A DNA stretch of 49,748 nucleotides, from the NCBI GenBank assembly GCA_000934665.2, contig KZ538750.1, positions 1 to 49,748 of the forward strand, written 5' to 3'. This DNA is from Catajapyx aquilonaris. Its lineage: Eukaryota. Made by a program: the position numbers and the translations under genes. Below, in pieces: positions 25,038 through 38,014 of the stretch. The notes under the pieces were generated by a model. The model ran no database searches. It had not been told where the DNA came from and saw only the letters and a program-made list of their open reading frames with translations. Positions within the stretch are counted from its first letter, which is position 1. Every line of letters begins with the position of its first letter.

Positions 25038-26152
25038 TGCCTAAGGGGAAATCCGGCGCTACCCATTTCAAAGAAAAATGTCGTGATGGGTTGTTTGCTT
25101 GCTTCGATGTAGTTGCAAAGTGAAACATTTCATTTTCATCCTGATATGTCAGTTCAGTTGAAAATTTGTCCATAACGTGGCAAGTGCGACACTATCTACC
25201 CAAACCATCGGCTCTCATTTATACATCATTACCTTCATTACCTACAGCACTACTATAGGGGGCTGTCATAGTAGAAACCTCTGTTTGAGTCGGATGGGAT
25301 AATTATTTATGGTTTAACTGAACTCAGAATATTATTTTCCTTCTCTGCATTCGCATCATTTTCGTCATCGGCACTTTTAGACTTTTTCGAAGAAAAAATT
25401 CTTATAGAACGGGTCTGTCTGTGGACTGGTAGCCTATCAGACAGACAGACAAAGCCGTGCTATAAGACATAGCCCGAGACATACCCGTTTACTAGGTTTC
25501 GTAGGTTATCGGATGGTTGTTTCGGAATGCGCAAGACGCAATACGATAGAAGGCGCATTTTTTTACGTGCCAATATTTTTACTTCATGTAAATTTTGGCC
25601 TGTTGGCCTCAGTAATGAGCTAAAAATATTGCAGGGCTCATTTACACTGTAGAGTTCTATGGCATAACCAAAATTCTTGCAATTTATAAAATGAAGCGTT
25701 ATGCACGTTGATATGGATCTGTCATATGGTATCGCTATCGCCATAGACCTTACTACAGTAGTTCGTATAGACTGGAAAATACTTAAAATAACAGCGGCGA
25801 GTGCTTGGGCGAGTGTCTCATATTTCCATTGCTGCCGCCGCGCGGTCTGCAATGAACTAACATGCAGTGCGGGAAATAAGGAACACTACGGCGGCGTTGG
25901 AAATACCATTTTTATTTAATTTCTATTCATGCTTTGCTTTGCTGTGGCCTGTCTCGAGGAGATCTTCCCTACGCGAGAGTATGCACCACTTGCGGAATAA
26001 ATCAGGGTCCTTCGGGAAAGTGAAGAAGGCGGTCGTCCCCTGCCTCCTGCTCCAGCAAAAGCGGGCCGAACATACCTTCCCCGCCATGGCTTCGGCTCGT
26101 AATTCTGTGCGACTACCTACATTTAGGTGGCCTGCTCTTTCGTTCTGAGCCA

Positions 26153-26519
26153 GCCCCCGGACACTTCCTCTACGTTCTCATCTTATCGCCTTCCGGGGCG
26201 TTTTGCAGGAGGTACTCACCTGAGAGCGCCATGAGACCTTTCACGGAGCATTTATGTGGCGACCCTACCGGACTACGCTGAACTTTATAGGTACAAAAGG
26301 GAAGCACTACATGCGGTCCCAACATGGCCGCCGGCGACCATGTTTTGTCTCCCAATGTAGCGCTTCCCTTTTGTACCTATAAAGTTCAGAGTAGTCCGGT
26401 AGGGTTGCCACATAAATGCTCCGTGAAAGGTCTCATGGCGCTCTCAGGTGAGCACCTCCTGCAAAACGACCCGGCAGGGGGTAGGTGGGAGTGTCCAGAC
26501 CTTAGTATTCTATGACCAT
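26153..26519. mobile_element. Foldback element with long near-perfect arms
   Basis: Arms ~26193-26312 and ~26356-26474 are near-perfect complements around aacatggccgcc. 11-bp direct repeat gttctgagcca at 26142-26152 and 26520-26530. Confidence 0.82.
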
Positions 26520-26688
26520 GTTCTGAGCCAAACGTACAGCGGGTCTTGTTCTATGAGAGCGGCCAAGACAGTCCCCAACGGTTTTGCCTTCCGTCCGGCT
26601 AGCACAGCAGCGCCGCGCTACGGCCAGCAGCTAAATATACCATTTTGAGGAGCGGGGGTGGCCGGGGGGGGGGGGGGNNNNNNNNNNN

Positions 26689-26720
<32 letters not shown>

Positions 26721-27864
26721 CGAGGGGAATTGGACCCATCTGTTGGAGCCTTTTTTCTAGTCTATACCAACTAGTAAGGTCTATGCGTATCGCCTTAGGA
26801 TACATGATTTCCGACCAACAAATTAACACTGTTTGACCTGACTGTTTTCCTTTGCAAAAGCACTTGCCAAGTATCCTTTTGCAGTGCAATTTCAATTGAG
26901 TGCACATGGAATCCACAGTCAGGAAGTCACGTCTCCATTTTGGAGAGCCTATATGACCCTGCCTGAACATAACATACTTCAGCATAATTATAAAATTCAA
27001 ATTGCAACTAGCTCTTGTTAATAAACTAGAAGAGATACTCGAGATGCATTGGTAAAAGGCAAAGACAAAAGGCCCAGCAGAAAGAAAAATTATTGGAAAG
27101 TTATACGCAAGCCATGGAACACTGCTCCCCTGACTGAAAACTGGCACTGAGCAGTATTCAGTCCGTAGGGAGGCAACTAAACTCCGATAACAGCGGTCGA
27201 CAAGCCATCGCTGTTTGGAAGTACACCGCAAATGCTGAACTGGCAATAAAGACTCCCCTGATAGACTACAGATTCCAGAGTGAACGCAAAGCGTGATTGT
27301 GAACAACACAGCCCGGCCCCACCCCCTATTCCACTGACAGTATGTTGTTGCTGATTGTCACGTTTCCTTTCCCGTCGTTGTATTATAGTCTATACCTTTA
27401 AGCAACATACCTCGAATATTGAATGTTTTTATATTAATTAACTTGCTGCCAATAATAGTGCTATATTATCCGGTATTACAATTTCGGGAAGCTATCTGCA
27501 ATATATTGAAGAAACTTCGGTAAAGTTACGTTACATGGTCATGAAAACAACTAGACCAAAATAATAACTATCAATGTAGTTAATGTACGGTCTGTTGTGA
27601 ACCGTCTCAAATAGTGAAGATAGTCCTCCAAACCCCCTATTATAGGAAGGTGAAGAGCTCTAAACATCATCCAAACGCGTTTAACCTTTGCCGCCCGTCC
27701 CGCCACTAGTCAAAACCCCTTACCCTCCTACTAGCACGTAGAATTTGCTAATGCCGATTATTTATTGTAGTCGCCCCCCCCCCCATGTCACATGTGCGTC
27801 AGCAGGAATCCCACGGCTGCCAACGTAATTGTTAATTATTTAGGTATTAGGAAAGGCGGTTATG

Positions 27865-28324
27865 TTTTTTTTAGCTTTACCCCATTAGAGGGAACAGAGC
27901 CCTTTTAGGGGATTGGAATACCACCATTTTTCTTACGAAATTTCTTCGCATCTTTTCTCTCCGGCAGGGGTTAGGATAGGGATTTGTGGGGGGGGGGGAT
28001 ACGGGTGCAAGTGCGATGTCTCAAATTGGGGGGCCGTGTGCAGTCCCCCAGGGGGCCAAGCTACAAGACACCCCCCTGGGTGCGGATCAGAAACCTCCCC
28101 CCACCCCCACCGCCACCGCACCTCCTCATGGACGGGACAAGGATAGGAAAGGAAGGAATCGGATGTGGCCAATTATTTAGGAAGCAACCCCGGAATTCTC
28201 CTGGGTGGAACATGGGAAACCACCACAGAAAACCGCGGTTAGGATTGCCGGCCCCGGGGCTCGAACCCAGGACCTCCCGATTAGGAGTCGCACGCCTTAT
28301 CGACTCCACCAAACTGCTTCGGCG
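27865..28324 (-). mobile_element. tRNA-derived SINE, head-1 family with central domain
   Basis: Reverse strand ccgaagcagt...taatcgggaggtcctgggttcgagcccc, with the same body and tail as the 6681 copy. No clear TSD. Confidence 0.88.
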
Positions 28325-28663
28325 AGAGTTGGATATGTTGGGTTTGGTTAATTTAGTATAAGCAGGTATAAGGTAGGTGTACCGGTAGTGGACGTGGTCC
28401 CAAAGGTGGACGGAGGAGACTTTGAACCTAAATAACAAGGGAACGCGGTAATAGTGAGTAGAAATGAGACATCTGGCATCATTTCACATCCCTTTGGGGT
28501 TGACTGATCCCTACATATTTACCATTCATGGCCTACTTAGTGAATGAGAAGCGCGTGAACAAGTCACCTCCCATTTTTGGCTTGAAATGGTGCTTTTCTT
28601 AGCGGATTCGCTAAGAGACACGCAGAAAGTAAAACCTTGCAAATAAATAAGTGGACGTATTAC

Positions 28664-28990
28664 GGCGCCGCGGTAACGCGCGCGCCCACGGAAGTTAAGG
28701 TCCCGGGTTCAATCCCCACCCGGGGTTCCCACCTTCTTTCGTGCAGAGTTGGGCCATCTCTGGCTTCGTTTCGGGTGGCAATTTCCGATAGACTAAGCCA
28801 CCCGGGGGAGTTCACAAAATGACGATTAGAGACATTGCACTTGCACCTTGCACATCCCCTCCCACCCACCCTTGGAGTACACTAATTAAGATCTTCTTAA
28901 ACTCGCTCCAAAATCAAATTCCAATGGTGGTTACCCCCCCCCCCACCCCCTAAGGAGTAGCATAACTCCCCCCGTGGGGTAATGAAAAAA
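28664..28990 (+). mobile_element. tRNA-derived SINE, head-2 family, slightly 5'-truncated
   Basis: Near-identical to the 16335 copy. 15-bp TSD aagtggacgtattac at 28649-28663 and 28991-29005. Confidence 0.93.
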
Positions 28991-29104
28991 AAGTGGACGT
29001 ATTACTTCGGGTATTTTGAATGGAAAGGGATATAAATGCTTCGCATTTTCCAAATACAGTATTATGTCCTTTTGCGTCAATGTGTATATGTAAAGAAAGT
29101 TTTA

Positions 29105-29640
29105 GCTGGGCGTCCACTACTGGACCCGAAAAACGTTGATGTTCCTATTCTGGACGCCCCGTTTCGACCATCGGACACTGGGCCACAGTCGACACTCGAG
29201 ACCAACCGAGACTGAGAAGCTACAAAAAAAAGTGCAATCTGGCAACGTCACATCAATTTTTTTCGGATTCGGTCATTCGGATGATTATTCAGAATAAAAT
29301 TAATTACTCGATTAAGTGATACTAATCTGACATTGCGTAAAATATACCCTTCCCCGATTTGACACAACCTCAGTAAATACGGTATATGGAGGCGGTCCAC
29401 AACTGGAACAGTCATCATTTTGGCTGTTCACAACAGGAGCATTTGAACACTTGCATATAAAAATATTTTACGCAGAATTAACCTTTTCAATGTGGCACAA
29501 ATATGCACTGGATGAAAGAGCAAGTATCGACGATTCGAACGATTTTTTTCGAGGATTTATCGGGATTTATTAAACTAATTCCCATGGAAAGAGTGTCCGA
29601 CGTGATTTTTTTTCCTTAACCTGTCCACTTCTGGGGTTAG
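29105..29640 (+). repeat. Dispersed repeat homologous to 12590-13016
   Basis: Collinear blocks as above and a repeated gtccac(t/a)actgg motif. Boundaries approximate. Confidence 0.7.
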
Positions 29641-31167
29641 ATTTGGAAAGATTAAGGCTCTGAATAAATAAAATTATTATTATTAGCAATTTGACATAGA
29701 GGTACCTCGTATCGTACCGTATGGCTTTTTCTCAAGCCAGTGTGCTTCCACCACGTAGGTCTACTGGACTGTGTAGTGGGTGCTCTCAAAGATTAGTAAT
29801 AAACAGCAACTGAAACCTTCTACTAGCTACACGTTAAGTAAAAAAAATATAACAGTTTCTGCAGTAGTTATGCAAGCAAAGGCATGTATGCCAGCACATA
29901 ATCTTATAACTACATTGCACCACCAAATTTCACTTCTTAGTTTGTCCATCTATAACTGTCATAAGCACCATATTGAGCTATATGTTAAGCGCATATTCGA
30001 ACATGCATTATAACTGTTCATACTAGAACTCTAGCAACGTGAGATAATTTTATGAAAAGTATTTGTATCACGGAGTAGCTAAATGAATAACGAATCACAG
30101 CCCGACCTGTGACCGTCACACACTCCATTGTCTTTGTTCCATGTAGTTCCTGTAAGCAAACGGCTCTAGCTGTAGTACTATGTCTGAAAGGCATCTTGCT
30201 CGAATGCGATTGGAGAATAGCTATCGGGAAGGCAATGGAAGAGGCAGCTTTGGAGGACGGGGAGACTTCCACAAAGTTACAAACGCCAGCCTGTATTACC
30301 GTCACCTCTCCACGATGCACCTCCGTGCAAAGTTTGGTTACAGTGGCTTCAAAACTCTAGCCTCCAACGTAGGGCAGACAGAACGCTCCCTGTACTGGGC
30401 TTCTCCCGATTGTTAATGAATGAATCGAATCGAATCCTATCCACCCACTCACACACGCCACGAATTCCCCGAAGGCTTTCCTCCTCTGGAATTTAATCAT
30501 CTGGGTGTTAAGATGCTGGCAGCAAGGCCGGCGGATTGATTTCGGGACCCCAAGGGAGAAGACGGATTTTCTATCTTCAGGAACGAAGGGAGATAGAGAA
30601 AAGTGTTCAATTTTTTCCAGGTTGAGAGTGTGTAACTCCTTAAGGTTGCCTCTTCAGGATGTCAAATATTGTTATCTGAAATACATTGTCTGCAAGGACG
30701 CGTAACATATGTTACGTGCATCAATGTTATTGTTGTAAAATAGGGCCTCTCATTACGTGAAGAAGGCCTATACTCCTGCAGTATTTTTGGCAGCATTTTG
30801 TAACAATATGTTCTCGTCATCGGGCAGGCCATGCTGGTTATGAATAAAGAAGGGAATCGACACAACGGAAGATTATTTTGTATGCCTGCTTTTGTGAACT
30901 CTTGCAAATTACGGTAACGAGCAACAATGTCGGATGATAAAACCGTGTTAAGTGATAAACATTTGAATATTACAATATTGGTTTTACAATTTAATATTTT
31001 GTCCGAAGAGTTCGCAAGAAGGCGTTTACAATCTGGTCATTAACTTACATACACGTGTTATTTACGAAGTTGTGCGGGCTTCCTGACAGCATATCACAAT
31101 ATGAATAACTCTACGAGAGTTAAAAAAAACGAATTTTAATTGAAGACCACAGGGGAGGTGTAGATGG

Positions 31168-31376
31168 TGTCAGGACCCTTGACCTGACCCCTGACCTAGC
31201 TAGCTCGCAGGGTGTGGGAATAAGAGTCCGGTAGGAGGTTAAATCAGTGTATTGCTGGAGATACAGGAGAGAGTCCCTGGCAGGAAGCCCCCCCCTGCCT
31301 TATATACAGAGTTCGCGCCACTAGGCGGCACCACAATCAGTCAGGGGGATAAATGTCGGACCACTTGGACATGACA
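31168..31376 (-). mobile_element. 3' LTR (209 bp) of an LTR retrotransposon
   Basis: tgtca...tgaca inverted termini. On the minus strand it is preceded by the polypurine tract gaagtg(g)nta (31377-31390). It contains tatataag and a downstream aataca. Confidence 0.75.
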
Positions 31377-31680
31377 TACCCCCCCACTTCAAAAACCTGG
31401 AGCGACACCGCTCCAGCACACATTCAAAACCATTTCAAATATCAAGCCAATCAAGTACAAAAAATTTCAAACAGCAACAGCCCTCAAAAAGTCAAGTTCA
31501 TCTGGACGCTAAAGTTCAATCCGAACCCACAAACATGTACACAAGTCCACGTACACATCCACCACTGGAACTCGGTTGCAGTGTCCAAGCAGCAGCACAC
31601 ACAGGTCAGCCATGGTCCAGATGTCCAGGCGGCACCACCACGCACACACTTCGTAGAAAGGTCCGAACTCCCTGAAAGAG
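31377..31680 (-). mobile_element. 3' internal remnant of the LTR retrotransposon
   Basis: Adjacent to the PPT. Minus-strand LRSVCVVVPPGHLD resembles the RSxRxxxPPxxLxDY motif found downstream of the integrase core in many LTR elements. Confidence 0.5.
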
Positions 31681-31699
31681 AGAGAGAGGAGAGAGAGGG

Positions 31700-31941
31700 G
31701 CGGACTCAAGATGGCGTTCGTTGACAAAGCAAGGCCGAACTCTTTCTCCAAACTGTTGAAGGTCACCCGTTAGAAGCATTCTTCCATTGAATGACATATA
31801 TTAGAGTGACTTATTGACAGCAACATTTTGATCCAACTCCCCTGCGTTGCCAAGTTTCAGTGATCTGCTCCAATCTAAAGGCACGAATCATTGGGCCATG
31901 CGGGTTGCCTTTCTGAGTCAGGATAACTTTGAACAGGTCCT
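31700..31941 (-). mobile_element. Partial Kolobok-like MITE (second family)
   Basis: Reverse complement aligns with 35329-35585. Ends acaggtcct|ttaa. Confidence 0.75.
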
Positions 31942-33939
31942 TTAAAAACAAGTGGCATCGACACAAAATTTGTTACTATGGTTCAGTAGGTTTACTACTG
32001 TATGTATCACATAGCACCCAGTCACGAGTATTAATGAGAGTTATGACGAGAGCCTGGTAAAACAGGCTAAATAACGTTCCGTTACTCTTGTTACATCAGC
32101 CTGACGTGCTTTCCTTTACCCTTCAGTGCAGTAAAATGGAGTTGTTTGGACTTGACCCAAACTCGTAGCGCTTTTACGAACGTACAGTACGTTATCGCGT
32201 TAGGCTTGCACACATGATTTCAGTTGGTCTCCCTCATATTAAATTTTGCAGAAATTATTCATTCATATATTTATGACACAACCTGTTGCATCCCATATTT
32301 GCTAATTTCCAGGATCTATCCCGCAACATGCACATAGCCTAACCAAGAATGTCTACTGAGAAGAGTGCCGAGTTTCATACAAAGTATGGAGCTCTGCATT
32401 GTGGCTCATTACTTCTTTCATTACACGTGAAGGGAAGGATTGGCTTGGTCATGGCAGAGTACGCCATCACTTTTAATGGAGGTTGTTGCTAATAATACGA
32501 AAGTGAAAAAAGTTTTTCTTCTCATTCTGGAATTTAACAAATTCTTCTTTGAAAGGCTAATTTTGCATTTGAGGATATTGGTTATGCCGTAAACATTCTG
32601 AGCGTGGGGGAGAAAGGTGCATTTTATTCATTGCCAATAGAAAACACCGATTTTATTAAGATATTACAGTATTTGAAAAAACCTCCACTGAAAATCGTAG
32701 AGGTCCACAGTGATTTTTTTTTGTACAATATGAGCTTTCGATGACAGATATCATGAGTAAGATATCAAGTCAGAATATGACGTGGAATTTTTTAGCGTTT
32801 CAAAACTACCCAGAAAGGAGGCACCACCGCAATACCAGTCCACAGGGAAAAGCCTACTTTACTCACTGTTGGTATTACCCTAATAATCACGCGGCCCAAC
32901 TTGGATACTTCTTCCCCGCTACTGACCTAAAAAAATGCTACCTTGATAACAAACGCCCCAACTTTCTTCAAGTCACGAGCACATTTACGTCATTCCGCCC
33001 CATCTACGTTTTTTAAGGGCGTGATGGAAAAGGCTAGAAAACCTGTGGACATAGCCTAACGCTTACCCCCCTTCCTATGCCCCCACATTTATGTGAGGGG
33101 CGAAATCCGGCGGTAAGTGTCTCCATCTTCCGGCACAGAAGCGGAATCTAGCTGTCCCCTGCTGCCTCCCAGCGGTCGTGTGAGGTTATTTATGACCCGA
33201 TTGCACCTGTCGCCTCACTCTGGAACCATCCGACCCACTCCCATAATCCCGACGGACCCTTAGCTCACTTTTTTTTCTATTTATGAAGGAGAGGACATCA
33301 ATCTACCGGTAGAAAAGTGTCACCTTTCTGGAGAGAAGCTCCGGAAAAGAAACTGAATCATATTTTTTACGGCCATGTCATCTGTTGTCGCTTTTCTCAT
33401 TACATATCGCGGCTGTATAATTTCTTACTTTTCTGTACGGTGCAGTGCTACGTACCTTTTTGCACATTTGTGCGGTTGGAGGAACAATGATTCCCCGGGA
33501 AAAAATCTCATTAAATCAGCTCGATATTCTGAAAACCAACCATATAAAACGATGTGAGGTAGTGCGAAATGGAGCTCCGGGGTATTAGGAGCTTCCCGTT
33601 TAATCCTAGAATCGCGCGCTAATTGCCTAAGCTGCGTCCCAAGATTACCAATGAAGCGCCCTAACAAAAAAAATTGGGAAAAATTGCATAAAACCCCTTG
33701 CTAATTCCAAGCAAAATTAAACAAGTCACTCCAGGGATAACGTCTATCACTCACTACGGACTTATAAAACGCATGTATAATAAGTTCCTGATTGAGGCTT
33801 CGTACTGTACATGGACTGGATGGTCTTCTGCGAAAAAATTCAGATCGGGTGCAATGCTACAAATATCTTCGAAGCTTTTACAGCTACATGGAAAGCACAT
33901 TCACACTAATGCACGTGGTGGTGTGCGTTCGATGATATC

Positions 33940-34370
33940 GCGTGCTTTATCATTATACAGTTGATCAAATCATTTTCTGTACTCTTGGGTGTAGAGCATG
34001 GGAATATTGCACCGAAAGGCAGAATTTTTTAGGATTATTGCAACGTGTAAAAGAGCAGAAACAAAAAAAATTAATCGTCATAGACTGTGACCCAGTATAC
34101 AAAGTGATTCATACTATGGGACTTCCGGCCGCTATCGTAATCGTTGGCTCAATACATTCAAGTCTGAAATGTAAGCAAAGGATAGAAAATGTCGAGACTT
34201 TAGCTGCAACGATGAATATGTGCCTTCCCCTAGACTTGCTTGGTAACCCTCAATGTCTCTGCCTGAAGTCAGAGCATCCCGTGTACGTGAAGGAGTTATT
34301 TCAGAGCCGGATATGTGTATGCAACTGATTACTGTGCAAGAGGTTACGATTGTATGATACCAGGTCCACT
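33940..34370 (+). pseudogene. Possible highly degraded LINE ORF2 C-terminal fragment
   Basis: LYHY...LGCRAW...LLQRV...PVYVKELF...YDTRS loosely follows the motif order of CR1/L2-group ORF2 C-termini. Weak, by-eye match. Confidence 0.3.
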
Positions 34371-35328
34371 CATGCCCGACAAGCTCACTCTCAACCGGCG
34401 GCGGTTCTGCCTTCCAGCAGGCTACAATGTGGGTTGCCGCACGTGTCTCATCGTTGTGTTCTATGTATAGTCACTGGTTGGTCTCTCGACATTTCTCCTC
34501 CTATATATAACTTACGTTTTTACTTGTTATAGGCATATGAATATACGCTGCCGGCAGGACAACATAGGTCTGCTATAGTAAGAAACATCTTGTAATATGC
34601 TACATTAAACACTCACTGCGCACTGAATTATAAACTGAATCAAGTCCTCCTCTAGGAAGTTAGGCTGGACTGCAGCAAACAAATCGCACTTAAAATTTAT
34701 AATTACAATCCACCTTCAAAAGTTTCAAACTATCGAGCATTTGCATAGTCTGGTAACATGCCATTTTTCCTCCTCTCTTGTTTTTACCAGCAGCAGTTCC
34801 ACTCCAGAAAAAATAACATTTTCCGCTGGAATAAGAAAGTGAAATTGGAAATGAGATTCCCAATTAAAGTTTCCCGTTTTATTAATAAGGTAAGTCCATG
34901 GAAAAAGTTCATAGCGCAGAATGAGGCCCGGAATGAAGCCCCTCCACTTTTTTCTCTTCTTTTTACACACCGGTTAATTTTGCTCCTGTTCTCTATCTTG
35001 CTTGGCTTCTAAAATTCAGATGTATTTTGTAACAAGAACTTTCCGCAAGACTAGAAAATTTGTGCACGTGGACATGTACTTATACAATAATGAAATCCAT
35101 GATGTCAAAGTGCAAACACAAATTTTATTCCTGTGTAGCAATGCATTAATTGCCAATAATTTGAGCTAACGTTGTCTGATATAATATACAGTGTAGATGG
35201 AATTTGCTATGGGAGAATAATCAGATATTATACAGTGGATGTAGCTTATATTATATACAGTATATCGGATGTATGTTTATAGAGCTTCAATTATTTTGAA
35301 TTTTCTTCCCGTGAATTTGGGATATGAA

Positions 35329-35935
35329 AGGACCTGTCCAAGGTTATCCTGACTAAGACAGGCAACCCTCGTGGCACAATGATTCGTATCTTTAGAGTGG
35401 AGCATATCACTGAAACTTGGAAACGTAGGGGAATTGGATCAAAATGGCTGCTGCCAAGCCACTCTAATAGTGCGAGATCACTCCGCTTCCACCACCAGCT
35501 GATCAGTTCAGACAGCTCACAGCTGACCACCAACTGTTTGGATAAAAGGCTTAGCCTGCCTTGCCAACGAACGCCATCTTGAATCCATACGCTATAATAG
35601 GGCAAACGCGGAATATCTCGTGTTGGGTTTGTATTTCGCATGTTGGAGACTCGGGCGGCATTTGTCTCACGCGAATATTCTTACAACATTTTTACGGTGT
35701 AAAAACCACATGAATTTTCGTACATCTAATATTACTAATCAAACAGTGCACCATGTGGCAACATTTAACGAAGACTACTAAGCCCGCCAGATAGCAACAT
35801 CTACCACATCAAAGATACAGCAAGCGTCCTTTAGCGTAAAACTAGGTGCATAGAATATACCGGTACACTACAAGATGAGCCTAATTTTTGTCGTTTGGGT
35901 TGCGGGGCTACTGAGGATAACCTTGGACAGGTCCT
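35329..35935. mobile_element. Kolobok-like MITE (second family)
   Basis: Perfect TIRs aggacctgtccaaggttatcct / aggataaccttggacaggtcct. Flanks tgaa/ttca are TTAA-like. Second copy at 31700-31941. Confidence 0.8.
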
Positions 35936-36736
35936 TTCAAGTCAGACGAAATGGAAATGGAAAAACTCCATAAATGGCCCCTGTAAAAAGTTTGTAATAT
36001 TGAAATCAGGTCTGGAAGTGGCAGAATTTTTTATTGCATAGGCAGGGAAGAAGAAAGGAGGAGGAAGGGAAATTGTGTGGATAAGCAATGGAGTTGAGTA
36101 AGAGGCATGGATGGCCATAATGGGACAGGGGCAAGAAGAATGTGGAGAATATATCAAGATTGGGGAGTTGGGAGCCGGCTTTATGAGGCGGCCAACAAGG
36201 TGGAGAAGATGGCATCCAGGACTTAGAGGGCGACATGCAAGGAGAAAGAGAGCGGGGAGTGAGAGGGAGTGGGAGAGTGAGGGAGAGAGACGAAGAAGAA
36301 GAAAATATAGTTAAGGAACGGTTCGTTCAGTCTGGAGACATTTACATGTGGAAGAGAGAAAAAGTTGTACTTCTCTTGGCATGTTCCCTAACTTAATCTC
36401 ACATAACTTGAGCTGGGAAAACCTGGCACTTGTCTAGATTGTGCCACCTACCTGTATTACCCTCTGCACACTTTTCACAAGTAGCCTATAAGAAGCCCTA
36501 CGTATATCATTCTCTTCACTATACCAACCAAAACTAGAGGCTACATAATGTGAAGAGGAACATGACACCCTTTTATGGATTTTTCCCGCACTTGTTTTTG
36601 GCGACAGCGTTTACTTTTTCTGGAAGTTCCGATGGAGCTTCTAATCCCTTTGGCCTCTGGCCCTATCTTATTTACAAACAACTCAGACCAAATGCACTGC
36701 TCTTATTTCTCAATCTGGTCAGCTATTTCAAATGTA

Positions 36737-37414
36737 CAGGGTGATTACAAATGAATAGTATAATTACAAATGCATATAGCTCCGTACCTATCAACCGCAC
36801 ATGAACGTGTTATACACCAAATGAAAGAAGAGGTTTTGAAGTTTATTTCATACCTTATAAATGTTCTATATGACTTCCCTTGGTCACTCGAGAAACGTTG
36901 ATCCGATAGTGCAATTCCTCCCATACTCGTGCCAGCATGTCCGTTGTCACTGACTCAACCGCAGCAACAATGCGATGTTTGAGTTCATCCAGGGTTGTTG
37001 GCATCGGTGGCTCGTACACAGCATCCTTAACGTACCCCCAAAGGAGGAAGTCGCATGGCGTCAAATCCGGCGACCTTGGGGGCCAGCAGTAAAGCGCCAA
37101 GTCTTGCAGGTCACTGCGACCTATCCAATGACGAAGGAGCACATTGTTCAGAAACTGGCGAACATCTGAATGCCAGTGCATTGTTACTGCGGTTGAGTCA
37201 GTGACAACGGACATGCTGGCACGAGTATGGTAGGAATTGCACTATCGGATCGACGTTTCTCGAGTGACCAAGGGAAATCATAAAGAACATTTATAAGGCA
37301 CAAAAAAAACTTTAAAACCTCCTCTTTCATTTGGTGTATAACACGTTCATGTACGGTTGATAGGTACGGAGCTATATGCATTTGTAATTATACTATTCAT
37401 TTGTAATCACCCTG
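36737..37414. mobile_element. Rearranged Tc1/mariner element with two inverted 3' ends
   Basis: TA|cagggtg...caccctg|TA. 237-bp inverted arms at 36737-36973 and 37178-37414, each carrying the transposase C-terminus. Confidence 0.93.
36855..37180 (-). pseudogene. C-terminal fragment of a Tc1/mariner transposase (rosa/DD41D-like)
   Basis: HWHSDVRQFLN..HWIGR..WPPRSPDLTPCDFLLWGYVKDAVY..LDELKHRI..GSHIEHL. The N-terminus and the first two catalytic Asp residues are absent. Confidence 0.92.
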
Positions 37415-37416
37415 TA

Positions 37417-37556
37417 CTATCGGGTTCAAATACTTTTGGCCACTTTGTCCTGGTCTTGAAGCAACCCTACGCACAGACGTGGTTAAGGAGGTGAGTGTGT
37501 GTGACGGGTTCCTTCAAGACCAGGATAAAGTGGCCAAAAGTATTTGAACCCTATGG
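37417..37556. mobile_element. Small TA-flanked Tc1-like MITE
   Basis: ~50-bp arms gggttcaaatacttttggccacttt.tcctggtcttgaag and its complement. TA at 37415-37416 (shared with the previous element) and at 37557-37558. Confidence 0.8.
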
Positions 37557-38014
37557 TACATTTTTGTACATCTTCGGAAAATTCCTAGGGTATATCTTAT
37601 AAAACCTATACCGGTATTTACAGATAAAATTTTCAACTTGATTCTAGATGATACTATAATTTGATAGAGCATTTTATAATCGCGGTACTGGAACCACATT
37701 TTGTAAGCCCATGTCGAGCACTCTACCGCCAAGACTATTCCTTTGATTCTTCGTCACTCCCAATAGTATGGCCTGCCAAATATATTATGGAGATAGAGAA
37801 ATAATGGATGTTACCTGATCACGGTTCAGACGTGTTCGAGAAAGTGATCTTCAGTTGTTTCACACTCTTCAGATAATTTTTGGAAGCCTATAGAGCCTGT
37901 CTGTGAAGTGACGAAGATCGAAGGAATAGCCATGGCAGTTGCAATGCTCTACATAGGATTACAAGATCTGGTACCACGGTTCGAAAACTATTCATATCGA
38001 CCGTGGTTATACTA

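Noticed and set aside
26664..26720. G-quadruplex or functional poly-G (also 24367-24399 and about 13290)
   Set aside because: The tracts contain Ns, so length and sequence are unreliable.
26599..27309. 236-aa ORF
   Set aside because: No recognisable domain. It is extended by a poly-G/N assembly tract.
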